Shown: positions 40,660-50,298, numbered from the stretch's first letter. The stretch: 64,000 nucleotides of DNA from Eikenella sp. (GCA_030528345.1 JAUMZB010000002.1:39456-103455); one strand, 5' to 3'. Notes: generated by a model from the sequence alone, not told the origin. Numbers and translations are program-made.

Positions 40660-41225
40660 TTGCCCGCCTCCTGATAACGGTAAGCCGCCATTTCGGCCAA
40701 TAAACCCTCTGCGGTATCGGCCACACACAACAGCCCCACATTGGCCGGCGGCATAAAGCCCTGCTCGGCGGTGTGGCGCAGCAACGCCAGCAGCGGATCA
40801 AAAAAACCGCCGCTGTTGAGCACGCCGACAGGCTTGTTGTGCAGGCGCAGTTGGGCGGAAGACAGCACTTCAAACAATTCCTCATAAGTGCCCAGGCCGC
40901 CGGGCAGGGCCACAAAGGCATCGGCCAGCGCAATCATTTTCAGACGGCGGCTGGTCATGTCTTCGGTTTCGATCAGCTCGGTCAGCCCGCCGTGCGCCAT
41001 TTCTTTTTCGCGCAGAAACACCGGAATCACGCCGGTCACTTCGCCGCCGGCGGCCAGCGCCGCATCGGCCACCGCGCCCATCAGACCGATACGGCCGCCG
41101 CCATACACCAAACGGCTGCCACGGCGGGCAATCGCTTGGCCCATGGCCTGCGCCGCTTCGTAATAGGCGCGGTTTTCGCCCAAATTGGAGCCGCAATACA
41201 CGGCAATGTGCCTCATTTCGTTCAT
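40620..41225 (-). CDS. LOG-family cytokinin riboside 5'-monophosphate phosphoribohydrolase (TIGR00730)
   Basis: 201 aa. RHIAVYCGSN..., LVYGGGRIGLMG and the PGGLGTYEELFE (PGGxGTxxE) motif are LOG signatures. Confidence 0.8.
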   Translation of the reverse strand: MNEMRHIAVYCGSNLGENRAYYEAAQAMGQAIARRGSRLVYGGGRIGLMGAVADAALAAGGEVTGVIPVFLREKEMAHGGLTELIETEDMTSRRLKMIALADAFVALPGGLGTYEELFEVLSSAQLRLHNKPVGVLNSGGFFDPLLALLRHTAEQGFMPPANVGLLCVADTAEGLLAEMAAYRYQEAGKWIQPAWTREATA

Positions 41226-41297
41226 GTGTGTGCTTTCAGGTAGCCTCGGCGTGCGCGCCGGATCGGAAAGGCTGCATTATATCGCCAAAGCCGCGCC

Positions 41298-41765
41298 CTA
41301 GCCGAACCGGCCGTAATCGAAACCGCGCCGCACCAGCCGCCGCCAGCGGTATTGGCGGTAGCGGTAAAACACATGGGCAAACAGCACCACCGGCCAAGTC
41401 AGGAGGCCGGCGGCAACCTCCACCCGGTCGCGGTAACGGCAACCGCCCGCGCCGTCCGGCTCGATGGTAATCAGGTGCGACCAGCGCTGAATCAGGCGGC
41501 CGTGACCGTCGTCCAGCAGGGCAAAGCCCGAAAACTGCGGATAGGAAATCACAATCGCCTGCCCGCCCAAAGGCAGCACCCCGCCCAGATACAGGCCCAC
41601 CCGATAAGTGCCGGCCGCCCACCGCTCCGGCCACGCCGCCGGCTCGCGCGGGCGGAACACCACCAGCGGCCAAGCCACATAGCGCAACAGCCGCGGCCGG
41701 CACACTTCGTCCGCCGCTTTTTCCGCCGGACACGGCAAATCAGTGCTGATGTCGATGTCTACCAT
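41298..41765 (-). CDS. hypothetical protein (possible START/Bet v1-like small-molecule-binding fold; family not confidently assigned)
   Basis: About 155-aa ORF between LOG and the divergently transcribed GH3 gene. Coding-like composition. Confidence 0.35.
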   Translation of the reverse strand: MVDIDISTDLPCPAEKAADEVCRPRLLRYVAWPLVVFRPREPAAWPERWAAGTYRVGLYLGGVLPLGGQAIVISYPQFSGFALLDDGHGRLIQRWSHLITIEPDGAGGCRYRDRVEVAAGLLTWPVVLFAHVFYRYRQYRWRRLVRRGFDYGRFG

Positions 41766-41895
41766 CTTTTTCCTCCTGTCTCTGTTGAACCTACCCATTC
41801 AGTCGGCAGCACATTAGCCGGGTTTCCACTCGACCCTTTGCCAAAACGGCCGTCCATGCCGACAATAGCGTTTTTCTTTCTGCCGCGAAGCCGTC

Positions 41896-43410
41896 ATGCC
41901 CTTACCCGCCGCCCTGCTTGCCGCCGCGCTCAAGCGCTTTCAGGTAGCCGCCCGCTGCCCCGAAGCCGCCCAACAACAGATTCTGCAACAGAATGCCGCC
42001 AGCCGTTTCGGCCGCCGGCACGGCTTTGCCGATACGGCCGACTACGCCGCCTTCGCCCGCCAAGTACCGGTTCGCCGCTACGAAGACTGCCGCGCCGACA
42101 TCGACGCCCTGGCCGCCGGCGGCAGCGGCCTGCTCACCGCCGAGCCGGTGATCCAGTTTGAAGAAACCGGCGGCTCCTCCGGCGGCGCCAAGCTGATTCC
42201 CTATACCGATAGCCTCTTGGCCGCTTTCCGTCGCGGCGTGCTGCCTTGGCTGGCCGATTTGGCGCAGCACCGCCCGCAAGCTTTTGCCGGCCGCCTGTTT
42301 TTCATCATCAGCCCGGCCGGCCGCCGCCGCCATCATACCGCAGGCGGCACGCCCATCGGCAGCGGCAGCGATTTGGCCTACTTCGGCGAAGAAACCGGCG
42401 CGGCACTGGCCGCGCACACCCTGTTCCAGCCCGAGCTCGCCCAAGCCCGCAGTGCCGCCGAATGGCAGTGGCACAGCGCCCGCCTGTTGCTCTCCGCCGC
42501 CGATTTGAGCCTGATTTCGGTGTGGAGCCCCACCCTGCTGCTGGCCATTTTCCGCACCCTGGTCGCCGAACAGGACAGCCTGATCGCCAGCCTGAGCGAC
42601 TCCCGCCGCCGCCAAGCCGCCCAACACGCCTTGCACGGCGGCAGCTTGAATGCGCGTCTGTTGTGGCCGCAGCTGGACACCGTGAGCTGCTGGAACAGCC
42701 ACACCGCCGCCGCGCCCGCCGCCGAACTGCAAACCCTGCTGCCCGATGTGCACCTACAAGGCAAAGGCCTGCTCGCCACCGAAGCGGTCAGCAGCCTGCC
42801 CTTTTCAGGTAGCCCGCACCCCTTATTGGCGGTGGACAGCCACTTCTACGAATTTGCCGCCGCCGACGGCAGCGTCCGCCTCGCCCACCAACTGCACAGC
42901 GGGCAAGACTACCGCCTGATCGTGACCACCCAAGGCGGCCTCTACCGCTACGACACCGGCGACCGCGTGGCCGTACACGGTTTTTCCGGCACCCTGCCCC
43001 GGCTCGAATTCATCGGCCGCGACCATCTCACCAGCGATTTATGCGGCGAAAAACTCACCGAAGCCTTTGTACGCCGCGCCATGCTGGCGGTGGATAAGCG
43101 GCTGCCCGAACAGGCACTGCTGCAAGGCGTGGCCGCCAATCCGCCGCATTACCGCCTGCTGCTGCCCGAGCACGCGCCCCGCCCGCCGCAACTGGCCGCC
43201 CGCCTCGACGAGGCGCTGGCCGCCAACCCGCAATACGCCTATGCCCGCCGCATCGGCCAGCTCGCCCCCTTGGCAGCCGTCCCCCTGCCCGACCCGCACG
43301 CCTACGCCGCCACCCTCCACCGCGCCGGCCAACGCTTGGGTACGCGCAAAATCCCCTTGTTATTGCCGCCGTTTACCCCCGAAGCCGCCTCCCGCCCCCA
43401 GGCTACCTGA
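41896..43410 (+). CDS. GH3-family protein (auxin-responsive GH3-like acyl acid amido synthetase, ANL superfamily)
   Basis: 504 aa with the GH3 N-terminal pattern (...FEETGGSSGGAKLIPYT...) and length. Family call is by motif recollection. Confidence 0.7.
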   Translation: MPLPAALLAAALKRFQVAARCPEAAQQQILQQNAASRFGRRHGFADTADYAAFARQVPVRRYEDCRADIDALAAGGSGLLTAEPVIQFEETGGSSGGAKLIPYTDSLLAAFRRGVLPWLADLAQHRPQAFAGRLFFIISPAGRRRHHTAGGTPIGSGSDLAYFGEETGAALAAHTLFQPELAQARSAAEWQWHSARLLLSAADLSLISVWSPTLLLAIFRTLVAEQDSLIASLSDSRRRQAAQHALHGGSLNARLLWPQLDTVSCWNSHTAAAPAAELQTLLPDVHLQGKGLLATEAVSSLPFSGSPHPLLAVDSHFYEFAAADGSVRLAHQLHSGQDYRLIVTTQGGLYRYDTGDRVAVHGFSGTLPRLEFIGRDHLTSDLCGEKLTEAFVRRAMLAVDKRLPEQALLQGVAANPPHYRLLLPEHAPRPPQLAARLDEALAANPQYAYARRIGQLAPLAAVPLPDPHAYAATLHRAGQRLGTRKIPLLLPPFTPEAASRPQAT

Positions 43411-43439
43411 AAGCCTGTCGGCGGGGCTTCAGGTAGCCT
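43400..43439. terminator. inverted DUS pair overlapping the GH3 stop codon
   Basis: GGCTACCTGAAAGCCTGTCGGCGGGGCTTCAGGTAGCC. Confidence 0.5.
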
Positions 43440-43565
43440 GTGGCGTGTCGTCGCCACCAAACCGCCGCAGATAAATTTGCGCCGCGTCATATAAGCGCAG
43501 CCGGAAAAAGCGTAAGATAAGCCCGTGCTCCGGCACACCCTCAATCACGATAAAAGGAGAACGAT

Positions 43566-44144
43566 ATGAGCAAAAAAATCCTGCTGCTGGCCGGCGACTA
43601 TGCCGAAGACTACGAAACCATGGTGCCCTTCCAATTTCTGTTGGGCTTGGGCTACGAAGTGCATGCCGTCTGCCCCGGCAAAAAAGCCGGCGAAACGGTG
43701 GCCACCGCCGTGCACGACTTCGAAGGCGAGCAGACCTACAGCGAAAAACGCGGCCACAACTTCAGCCTCAACCACGATTTCGACGCCGTCAACAGCGCCG
43801 ACTACGCCGGTCTGGTGATTCCCGGCGGCCGCGCCCCCGAATACCTGCGCCTCAACCCGCGCGTGATCGAAATCGTGCGCGAATTCGACGCTGCCGCCAA
43901 ACCGATTGCCGCCGTCTGCCACGGCGCCCAACTGTTGGCCGCCGCCGATGTATTGCGCGGCCGCCGCTGCTCGGCCTATCCCGCCTGTGCGCCCGACGTG
44001 CGCGCCGCCGGCGGCGACTATGCCGACATCGCCGTCACCGACGCCGTGACCAGCGGCCACTTGGTCACCGCGCCGGCCTGGCCCGCCCATCCCGCCTGGC
44101 TGCGCCAGTTCGTCGAGCTGCTCGGCGCCCGCATCACCCTGTAA
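43566..44144 (+). CDS. DJ-1/PfpI-family protein (class I glutamine amidotransferase-like; intracellular protease/glyoxalase III-like)
   Basis: 192 aa. Nucleophile-elbow Cys in [10 protein letters not shown]. Confidence 0.8.
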   Translation: MSKKILLLAGDYAEDYETMVPFQFLLGLGYEVHAVCPGKKAGETVATAVHDFEGEQTYSEKRGHNFSLNHDFDAVNSADYAGLVIPGGRAPEYLRLNPRVIEIVREFDAAAKPIAAVCHGAQLLAAADVLRGRRCSAYPACAPDVRAAGGDYADIAVTDAVTSGHLVTAPAWPAHPAWLRQFVELLGARITL

Positions 44145-44213
44145 GCTTCCCGGGCTGCCTGAACGTTTCAGGCAGCCTGCTTGCCCTTTTACCGTCTGAA
44201 CAAGGATACCTTC

Positions 44214-44828
44214 ATGAAACTGTATTACCTGCCCGGTGCCTGCTCGATGACGCCGCACACCGCCCTCGAATGGATCGGCCAGCCCTACGAAGCCCAGGCC
44301 ATGAGCGGCGACGACACCAAACAACCCGACTACCTGGCGCTCAACCCGCTGGGCACCGTGCCCTTACTGGTGGACGGCGATTTCACCCTCACCCAAAACG
44401 TGGCCATCGTGCTCTACCTCGACTCGCTGCATCCGCAGGCGCGCCTGTTCGGCAGCGACACCCCGCAAGGCCGCGCCCGCGCCTTCCGCTGGCTGGTGTT
44501 CCTCAACAGCGATGTGCACAAATCCTTCTCGCCGCTGTTCCACACCCCCGACTACATCCGAGACGAAGCCGTGAAACAGGCGATGGAAGCATCCGCCCAC
44601 CGCCAGATTCTGCGCCAGCTCGCCCTGGCCGACCAACAACTGGCCGCGCAAGACTATTTGGCCGACGACATTTCGGTGGCCGACGTGTATCTGTATGTGC
44701 TGCTGCGCTGGTGCCGCCGCATCGGCCTGGACTACGGCAGCCTGCCGCAACTGGCTCCGTTCTACCGCCGCATGAGCCAAAACCCCGGCATCCAAGCCGT
44801 GCTGGCGCAAGAAGGTTTGGAAGCCTAA
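44214..44828 (+). CDS. glutathione S-transferase
   Basis: MKLYYLPGACSMTPHTALEWIG... has a GST N-terminal thioredoxin-like domain, plus a C-terminal helical domain. Confidence 0.8.
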   Translation: MKLYYLPGACSMTPHTALEWIGQPYEAQAMSGDDTKQPDYLALNPLGTVPLLVDGDFTLTQNVAIVLYLDSLHPQARLFGSDTPQGRARAFRWLVFLNSDVHKSFSPLFHTPDYIRDEAVKQAMEASAHRQILRQLALADQQLAAQDYLADDISVADVYLYVLLRWCRRIGLDYGSLPQLAPFYRRMSQNPGIQAVLAQEGLEA

Positions 44829-45150
44829 AGCGCCGCCCGGGTCGGCAGCAGACGCTTTCGCTGCCGCCGCCGCCGAATGATTTGAGGCTACCTGAAAACA
44901 GACGGTGCGTTTTTGTGACGCATCGGGTTTTCAGGTAGCCTCAAACTGGTCAGCCAAACCACATCGCACCTTTCAAGATGCCCGCCTTTACGAAAGGGCG
45001 GCCACTCTTGTTTGTCACGGCTTGCGCCATGATCCGGGCTACCTGAAAACAGACACCACAGTCTGCGCGGCCAAGGGTTCAGGTTTTCAGGTAGCCCGCA
45101 ACGTGTTTCACCAGGCGGATAACAGGCTCAATGTCCGCCATGCGGGCACG

Positions 45151-45180
45151 AAAAAGGCAGACCCTCGGTCTGCCTTTTTG
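45151..45180 (-). terminator. rho-independent terminator downstream of the TonB-dependent receptor gene
   Basis: aaaaaggcagaccctcggtctgcctttttg. A GC-rich stem is followed by a T-run on the minus strand. Confidence 0.6.
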
Positions 45181-45201
45181 CTGCTGCTCAAACGGTTAGG
45201 C

Positions 45202-47208
45202 TTAGAAGCGGTAGTTCACGCCCAAGCGCACCTCGCGGCCGCGGGAGGGCGGTGCCACGCGGGATACGCGCTGACTGTGGCTGTAATACAGCTTGTTGCC
45301 GATGTTGTTGACGGCGAAATTCACATTCATGTCGGCCAAAGGTTTCCAGTTCAGATACACATCGTGTACGCCGTAGCCGGCACGGCGCTGCACCTCGGTG
45401 CCGCCGCCCCGCCTGGTGGTCGTATAGCTCACGTTTTCGGCAAAGCGGCCGCGCCAGCCGATTTCCAAATTGGCCTGCGGAAAGGTGTAAGAGAGGCCGC
45501 TTACCCATTTGCGCCCCTGCGGCACGATATCCAAAGGATCGTTGGCAATCACGAAGTCGGCTTCGGGCTTGGCATAGGCCATGGCCAGGCGGGCGGTCAA
45601 ATTGTTCCAGCGGTAAGCGGCATCCAATTCGTATCCGCGGGTTTTCACCCGCCCCCGGTTGGTCAAATCGTTTTGGGAATTGTTGACAGAATAATAATTG
45701 CGTACGGCCTGCTCAAACACACTGCCGCCCAGCGACCAGCCGCCTTGCTGCCATTTCAGGCCGATTTCCGCCAAGCGGGCACGCTCCAGCGCCAAGCCGG
45801 GATCCACATTGCGCAAGCCGCGCGCCTGATCTGCCCGGGCTTGGGTGTCGGTAAGGGTGTTGGCCGAAGCCAGCTGCGGGCTGCGCGCGGCGTAATTCAA
45901 TTTGGCCAGCAGCGACAGGCTGGGGTTGATGTCCCAGGTCAGGCCGAGGCTGGGGCTGAGCCGGCCGTCGGCCGCCTCGCGGTTGCCCGGACGCCGCGGA
46001 TTGCCGGCGGTGGTCAGCTTGAAGCGGTCATAACGCAGACCGGTGGTGAGCGTCACCGGCGACAAGGACCAAATGCCTTCCGCATACAGGCCGTATTCGC
46101 GCTTGCGTTCGCCGTCCACATAACCGCTGCGGTTGTCTTGGCTGTTGGTTTTCTCGTTGCGCAGATTGACGCCGTATTTCAACAGATGGCTGCCCGGCAG
46201 TTCGCTGGTGAAGTTGACATTGCCGCCGGTGGTCAGCGCTTCCGAATGGCGGCCGCCGCCCAAATCGCGGCTGCCCGCCCAAGCATTGCGGTTGTCTTCG
46301 ATTTTCAAATGATAGAGGTTGGCGTCCACATCGCGGATAAAGCCGAGATTACGGCCTTCGTAGCTCAGGTTGGTGGTTTTTTGCAGCGATTCGGTGGGGC
46401 CGACACGGTCGTCCATCACAAATTCCAGCCGGTCGGCGCCCACGCCGTAATAGCGCTCGTAGCGGTAGCTGAGGCCGATTTTGTGATCGTCGTTAAAGCG
46501 GTAGCCCACTTTGGCCAAGTAATTGCCTTGGTCGCGTGCGGTATTGTTCGCGCGGTCGGAGTGGGTGGTGCCGTCCCGATAGCCGCTGCCGGCGCGGTAA
46601 TTGCGGTCGTCCAGCCAACTGCCCATCAGGAGGCCGTCGAAACCGCGGCTGCTGCCGTACACCGCCAAGCTGCCGTTGCCGCCTTTATTGCTGTTGATTT
46701 CGGCGCCCACCCGCACACCGAAGTTTTGGCCTTCTTTCAAAAAGTCGGCCGCCTCCACCGTGCGGGCACGCACGGCACCGCCGGTGGCGCCGATGCCGGC
46801 GCTGGCCGAACCCGCGCCTTTTTCCACCCCGATTACCTTAATCATGGCCGGATCCAGCTGGAAACGGCCTTGGTGGTACCAAGCCTGGGTGGCCGTAGCC
46901 GTGCCGTCCACCACCAGGTCGATTTTGTTTTGGCCGGCGGCACGGATGCTCAGGTATTGGGCGGAGAGGCTGCCGCCGCCCACATTGATGTCGGCGCGGT
47001 CGGCCAAGACGTCGCGGATGCTGGCCACATTGCGCTCGGCAATGTTTTTGTAATTGCCGGTGGTCAGGCTTTTGGCTCCGGTCACTTCAATCGCCGGCAA
47101 TTCGGTGCTATCGGCGGGCACGGTTTCGGCTTGGGCAAAACCGCACAGCAAAGACAAACTCAACAGGCTCAAACGCAAATGTGTGTGTGAGGGCTTATGG
47201 ATCATCAT
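45202..47208 (-). CDS. TonB-dependent outer membrane receptor
   Basis: 668 aa. Signal peptide, plug domain (…ELPAIEVTGAK…), 22-strand barrel, and a C-terminal aromatic residue (…VNYRF). Substrate unknown. Confidence 0.85.
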   Translation of the reverse strand: MMIHKPSHTHLRLSLLSLSLLCGFAQAETVPADSTELPAIEVTGAKSLTTGNYKNIAERNVASIRDVLADRADINVGGGSLSAQYLSIRAAGQNKIDLVVDGTATATQAWYHQGRFQLDPAMIKVIGVEKGAGSASAGIGATGGAVRARTVEAADFLKEGQNFGVRVGAEINSNKGGNGSLAVYGSSRGFDGLLMGSWLDDRNYRAGSGYRDGTTHSDRANNTARDQGNYLAKVGYRFNDDHKIGLSYRYERYYGVGADRLEFVMDDRVGPTESLQKTTNLSYEGRNLGFIRDVDANLYHLKIEDNRNAWAGSRDLGGGRHSEALTTGGNVNFTSELPGSHLLKYGVNLRNEKTNSQDNRSGYVDGERKREYGLYAEGIWSLSPVTLTTGLRYDRFKLTTAGNPRRPGNREAADGRLSPSLGLTWDINPSLSLLAKLNYAARSPQLASANTLTDTQARADQARGLRNVDPGLALERARLAEIGLKWQQGGWSLGGSVFEQAVRNYYSVNNSQNDLTNRGRVKTRGYELDAAYRWNNLTARLAMAYAKPEADFVIANDPLDIVPQGRKWVSGLSYTFPQANLEIGWRGRFAENVSYTTTRRGGGTEVQRRAGYGVHDVYLNWKPLADMNVNFAVNNIGNKLYYSHSQRVSRVAPPSRGREVRLGVNYRF

Positions 47209-47251
47209 AAATAACCTTTTTATTCATTTAATTGAAAAAATAAATAAAATT

Positions 47252-47270
47252 AATAATAAGAATTATTATT
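47252..47270. promoter_or_regulatory. AT-rich imperfect palindrome AATAATAAGAATTATTATT in the TonB-dependent receptor promoter (Fur/Zur-type operator candidate)
   Basis: Seen directly, about 45 bp upstream of the ATG. Resembles the nATwAT hexamer arrays of Fur boxes. Confidence 0.35.
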
Positions 47271-47417
47271 AATTGTTTGCAAATGTAATCGATTCTCCGT
47301 TTTTGTGCCACCCTTTCCCTGTATGCCGCGTTTTTTGTCTGTTTCCCGCCACAACGGCCGCCAAGCCAAACGGCGGCAGAGAGGGCGTATAAAGCCCAAA
47401 GGCTGCCCGAAACCGTT

Positions 47418-48098
47418 TCAGGCAGCCTCAATCAAGCGGCGCACCAGCTCGGGCACGCCGTCTTTGGCCTTGGCCGCCAACACTTCCACGCCCCGCAAGC
47501 CGGCCGGCGGGTGCGGATCCACCAGAAAACATTCGGCGCCACCGCGCGCATATTCGAGCAGGCCGGCGGCGGGATACACCTTCATCGAGGTGCCCACCAC
47601 CAGCACTTTGTCGGCCTGCGCCACCCACTCTGCCGCAGTCTCAATCAGCGGCACCGGCTCGCCGAACCAAACGATGTGCGGGCGCAGCGGATGCCCCTGC
47701 GGGTCGTCATCGGCCAGGGTTTGGTCGCCCGTCCAATCGATCACATAACTGTCATCCGCGCTGCTGCGCAACTTGGTGAGTTCGCCGTGCAGGTGCAGCA
47801 CCCGACGGCTGCCGGCGCGCTCGTGCAGGTTGTCCACGTTTTGGGTGACGATGCGCACATCGTAATGCGCCTGCAACTCGGCCAGTGCCAGATGGGCGGC
47901 GTTGGGGCGGGCCTGCGCCAGCTGGCGGCGGCGCGCATTATAAAAATCCAACACCAGCTGCGGATCGCGGGCAAAGGCCTCGGGCGTGGCCACTTCCTCC
48001 ACCCGATGCCCCTCCCACAGGCCGCCGCTGTCGCGAAAGGTTTTCAAACCGCTGTCGGCGCTGATGCCGGCGCCGCTGAGCACCACAATGCTTTGCAT
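47418..48098 (-). CDS. cobB: NAD-dependent protein deacylase (sirtuin, CobB)
   Basis: 226 aa. Sirtuin motifs (VLSGAGISADSG, TQNVDNLHERAG) and the zinc-ribbon region. Confidence 0.85.
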   Translation of the reverse strand: MQSIVVLSGAGISADSGLKTFRDSGGLWEGHRVEEVATPEAFARDPQLVLDFYNARRRQLAQARPNAAHLALAELQAHYDVRIVTQNVDNLHERAGSRRVLHLHGELTKLRSSADDSYVIDWTGDQTLADDDPQGHPLRPHIVWFGEPVPLIETAAEWVAQADKVLVVGTSMKVYPAAGLLEYARGGAECFLVDPHPPAGLRGVEVLAAKAKDGVPELVRRLIEAA

Positions 48099-48138
48099 GG
48101 TTGTTCCCTACTAGATGCCGTTGCACACGGCCGCCATC

Positions 48139-48468
48139 TTAAGCGATTTCGCCGGCCGCCGAAATCTTAGGCTGCACGGTGTTGCGGTGTTTCAGGCAGC
48201 CTCTCGGCGGATCCGAGCCCGGGTCGTCACGCTTCACCTCGAAGCCCAAGCGCGCGGAGAAGACACTGCCGGCACCGGCGGTGCTGTCGATTTCCTGCCG
48301 GATATCGTGTTCGACCCAAGCGTGTTTGGCGGCGGCCGGCCGGCGGCGCAGCCTTTGCAGATGCAGCAGATGCCGCCACAGCCACACGCCCAATACCGGC
48401 ACGAGGACGGCAAACGGCCGCTCGTACAGGCACCGCTGCCTGAGTCTGTCGGATGGCAGGGCGTCCAT
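48139..48468 (-). CDS. hypothetical small protein (weak call)
   Basis: About 110-aa ORF from MDALPSD in an otherwise empty 590-bp gap. No recognisable family. Confidence 0.2.
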   Translation of the reverse strand: MDALPSDRLRQRCLYERPFAVLVPVLGVWLWRHLLHLQRLRRRPAAAKHAWVEHDIRQEIDSTAGAGSVFSARLGFEVKRDDPGSDPPRGCLKHRNTVQPKISAAGEIA

Positions 48469-48600
48469 CGGGAAGCCGCCTTTCGTGCAACGGTTGCGCA
48501 GCGGGGGCTGCGGGGAAACGGCGGCAGCGTAGGCAACGATTGTTGCTGCGGCATGACAAAGCGGGAAAACATATTCCCGCCGCCGCTGCCAAGCCAAACA

Positions 48601-48672
48601 AACAGGCTGCCTGAAAACTTTGGCTTCGCAGCAAGCCGCGCAGCTTGTTTTCAGGCAGCCTGTTGCCGGTTT
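48601..48672. terminator. inverted pair of AGGCTGCCTGAA-type uptake sequences
   Basis: aacaggctgcctgaaaac...gttttcaggcagcctgtt. Confidence 0.5.
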
Positions 48673-48689
48673 GGGCCTTGGCGGCCGGT

Positions 48690-49994
48690 TTATCGGGGCG
48701 CGCCGACGGTTACGGTATTCAGTTTTTCCGCCTGCAGACGGCGCTGCCAAGCCCGTCTGATGTCTTCGGTGCCGACGGCGGTCACGGCGGCAGGATAGCG
48801 GGTGAGGAAATCGTCGGGCAGATTGCCGAAACCGATTTCAATCAAATAGGCGGTGAGCTCGGCATTGGTGTCGAAACGCAGGGGGAAGCTGCCCGCCAGA
48901 TTGGCTTTGGCCTGCGCCAGCTCGGCCTCGGTGGGGCCTTGGGCGATGAAGTCGGCCAATACCTGGCGGGTGGCGGCCAAGGCGGCTTGGGCATTGGCTT
49001 TTTCGGTGGCGAAGCCGATGCTGAAGGGGCCGGGCTGGCGCATCGGCACGAGGTCGGAAGACACGCCGTAGGTGTAACCGTGGCGGTCGCGCAGGGTCTG
49101 CATCAGGCGGCTGTCGAAACCGCCGCCGCCGAGGATGTAGTTGCCCACCAGCAGCGGGTAGTAGTCGGGGTCGTTGTGGCGGATCAGCGGCAGGGTGAGG
49201 CGGATGTGGGTTTGGCTTTCGGGATGGGGCAGATGGCGCTGGCCGCCGCTGCGCGCGGGCGGCACCGGCAGCGCAGGCAGCGCCGTACCGGCCGGCAGAT
49301 CGCGGGTGAGCTGCGTCACGATTTCTTCGGCGCGGAGGCGGTCGAGATCGCCGACCATCGCGATGACTGCGTTGCGGCGGGTGAAGTGGCGGCGGTGGAA
49401 GGCGCGCATATCGGCCACGCTGACGGCGCGGATGCTGCGCTCGCTGCTGCGGGCGGCGAAGCCGTAGGGATGGGTGCCGTAGTTCAGCTCGGCCGCGGCG
49501 CGGCGGCTCAGATACTCGGGGCGGGTGAGGTTTTGTTTCAGCGAGGCCACGGCACGGTCTTGCTCGCGGCGCAACACGGCCGGGTCGAAGCGCGGCTCCA
49601 CCAGAATATCGCGCATCAGGGCCACGGCGGGCTCCAGCACTTCGGGCTTGGACAGGCTGCGCAGCGCCACGCCGGCGCGTTCGGTGCCGCCGTAACTGGC
49701 GAGGCTGACGGCCAAATCGCTGCCGCGCTCGTGCAGGGCTTCTTCGTCGAGACGGCGGGTGCCGGCATCCATCAGGGCGGCGGTAAAGCCGGCCACGCCG
49801 ATTTTGTCGGCACGGTCGCGCACGCTGCCCGCATCGAAGGCGATGTTGATGTCCACAATCGGGTTGTCGCGCCGCTCGACAAACAGCACGCGGGTGCCGT
49901 CGGCGGTCTGCCAGCGCTGGATGGGAACGGGTTCCGCCGCCGCGGCCAGCGGCAACAGGGCGGCAAACACAAGGGAAAACAGTTTCTGCATCAT
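48690..49994 (-). CDS. M16-family (pitrilysin/insulinase-like) zinc peptidase, secreted
   Basis: About 434 aa. Signal peptide MMQKLFSLVFAALLPLAAAA and a peptidase_M16 N-terminal domain. No partner M16 gene is adjacent. Confidence 0.7.
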   Translation of the reverse strand: MMQKLFSLVFAALLPLAAAAEPVPIQRWQTADGTRVLFVERRDNPIVDINIAFDAGSVRDRADKIGVAGFTAALMDAGTRRLDEEALHERGSDLAVSLASYGGTERAGVALRSLSKPEVLEPAVALMRDILVEPRFDPAVLRREQDRAVASLKQNLTRPEYLSRRAAAELNYGTHPYGFAARSSERSIRAVSVADMRAFHRRHFTRRNAVIAMVGDLDRLRAEEIVTQLTRDLPAGTALPALPVPPARSGGQRHLPHPESQTHIRLTLPLIRHNDPDYYPLLVGNYILGGGGFDSRLMQTLRDRHGYTYGVSSDLVPMRQPGPFSIGFATEKANAQAALAATRQVLADFIAQGPTEAELAQAKANLAGSFPLRFDTNAELTAYLIEIGFGNLPDDFLTRYPAAVTAVGTEDIRRAWQRRLQAEKLNTVTVGAPR

Positions 49995-50017
49995 GATTCC
50001 TGGTAACAAAGGCTTTC

Positions 50018-50201
50018 AGAACCTGTTCATAGTCTTCTTGCGCAGCGGTTTTTCGAGGAAAAAACCGCAGATGCCAGGCGAAAATGCGCGCAAGATTGAA
50101 CATCTTGCAAGTATTTTTGTTATCCCTAATTAGGGGCAACGTGGCAGATGCGGAATTTTGACCGGAAATACCGCCGCAACGGAGACTATGAACAGGTTCT
50201 C
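50018..50201. repeat. MITE-like repeat, family B (copy with a 30-bp internal insertion containing the palindrome CCCTAATTAGGG)
   Basis: TIR agaacctgttcatagtcttc / gagactatgaacaggttct. Confidence 0.65.
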
Positions 50202-50298
50202 AGGTAGCCCGGACGCGTGCACTATAGCGGGGAACACGGCATTCGGACAAGACGCGGGCACTGCCGCGCGGCAGTGCCCGCTTCGACCCGACCGGGCA

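Noticed and set aside
44191-44200. ACCGTCTGAA (near-canonical Neisseria GCCGTCTGAA DUS core); also at 6601-6610
   Set aside because: Only two isolated, imperfect copies, which is consistent with chance. The genome's real dialect is AGGCTACCTGAA.
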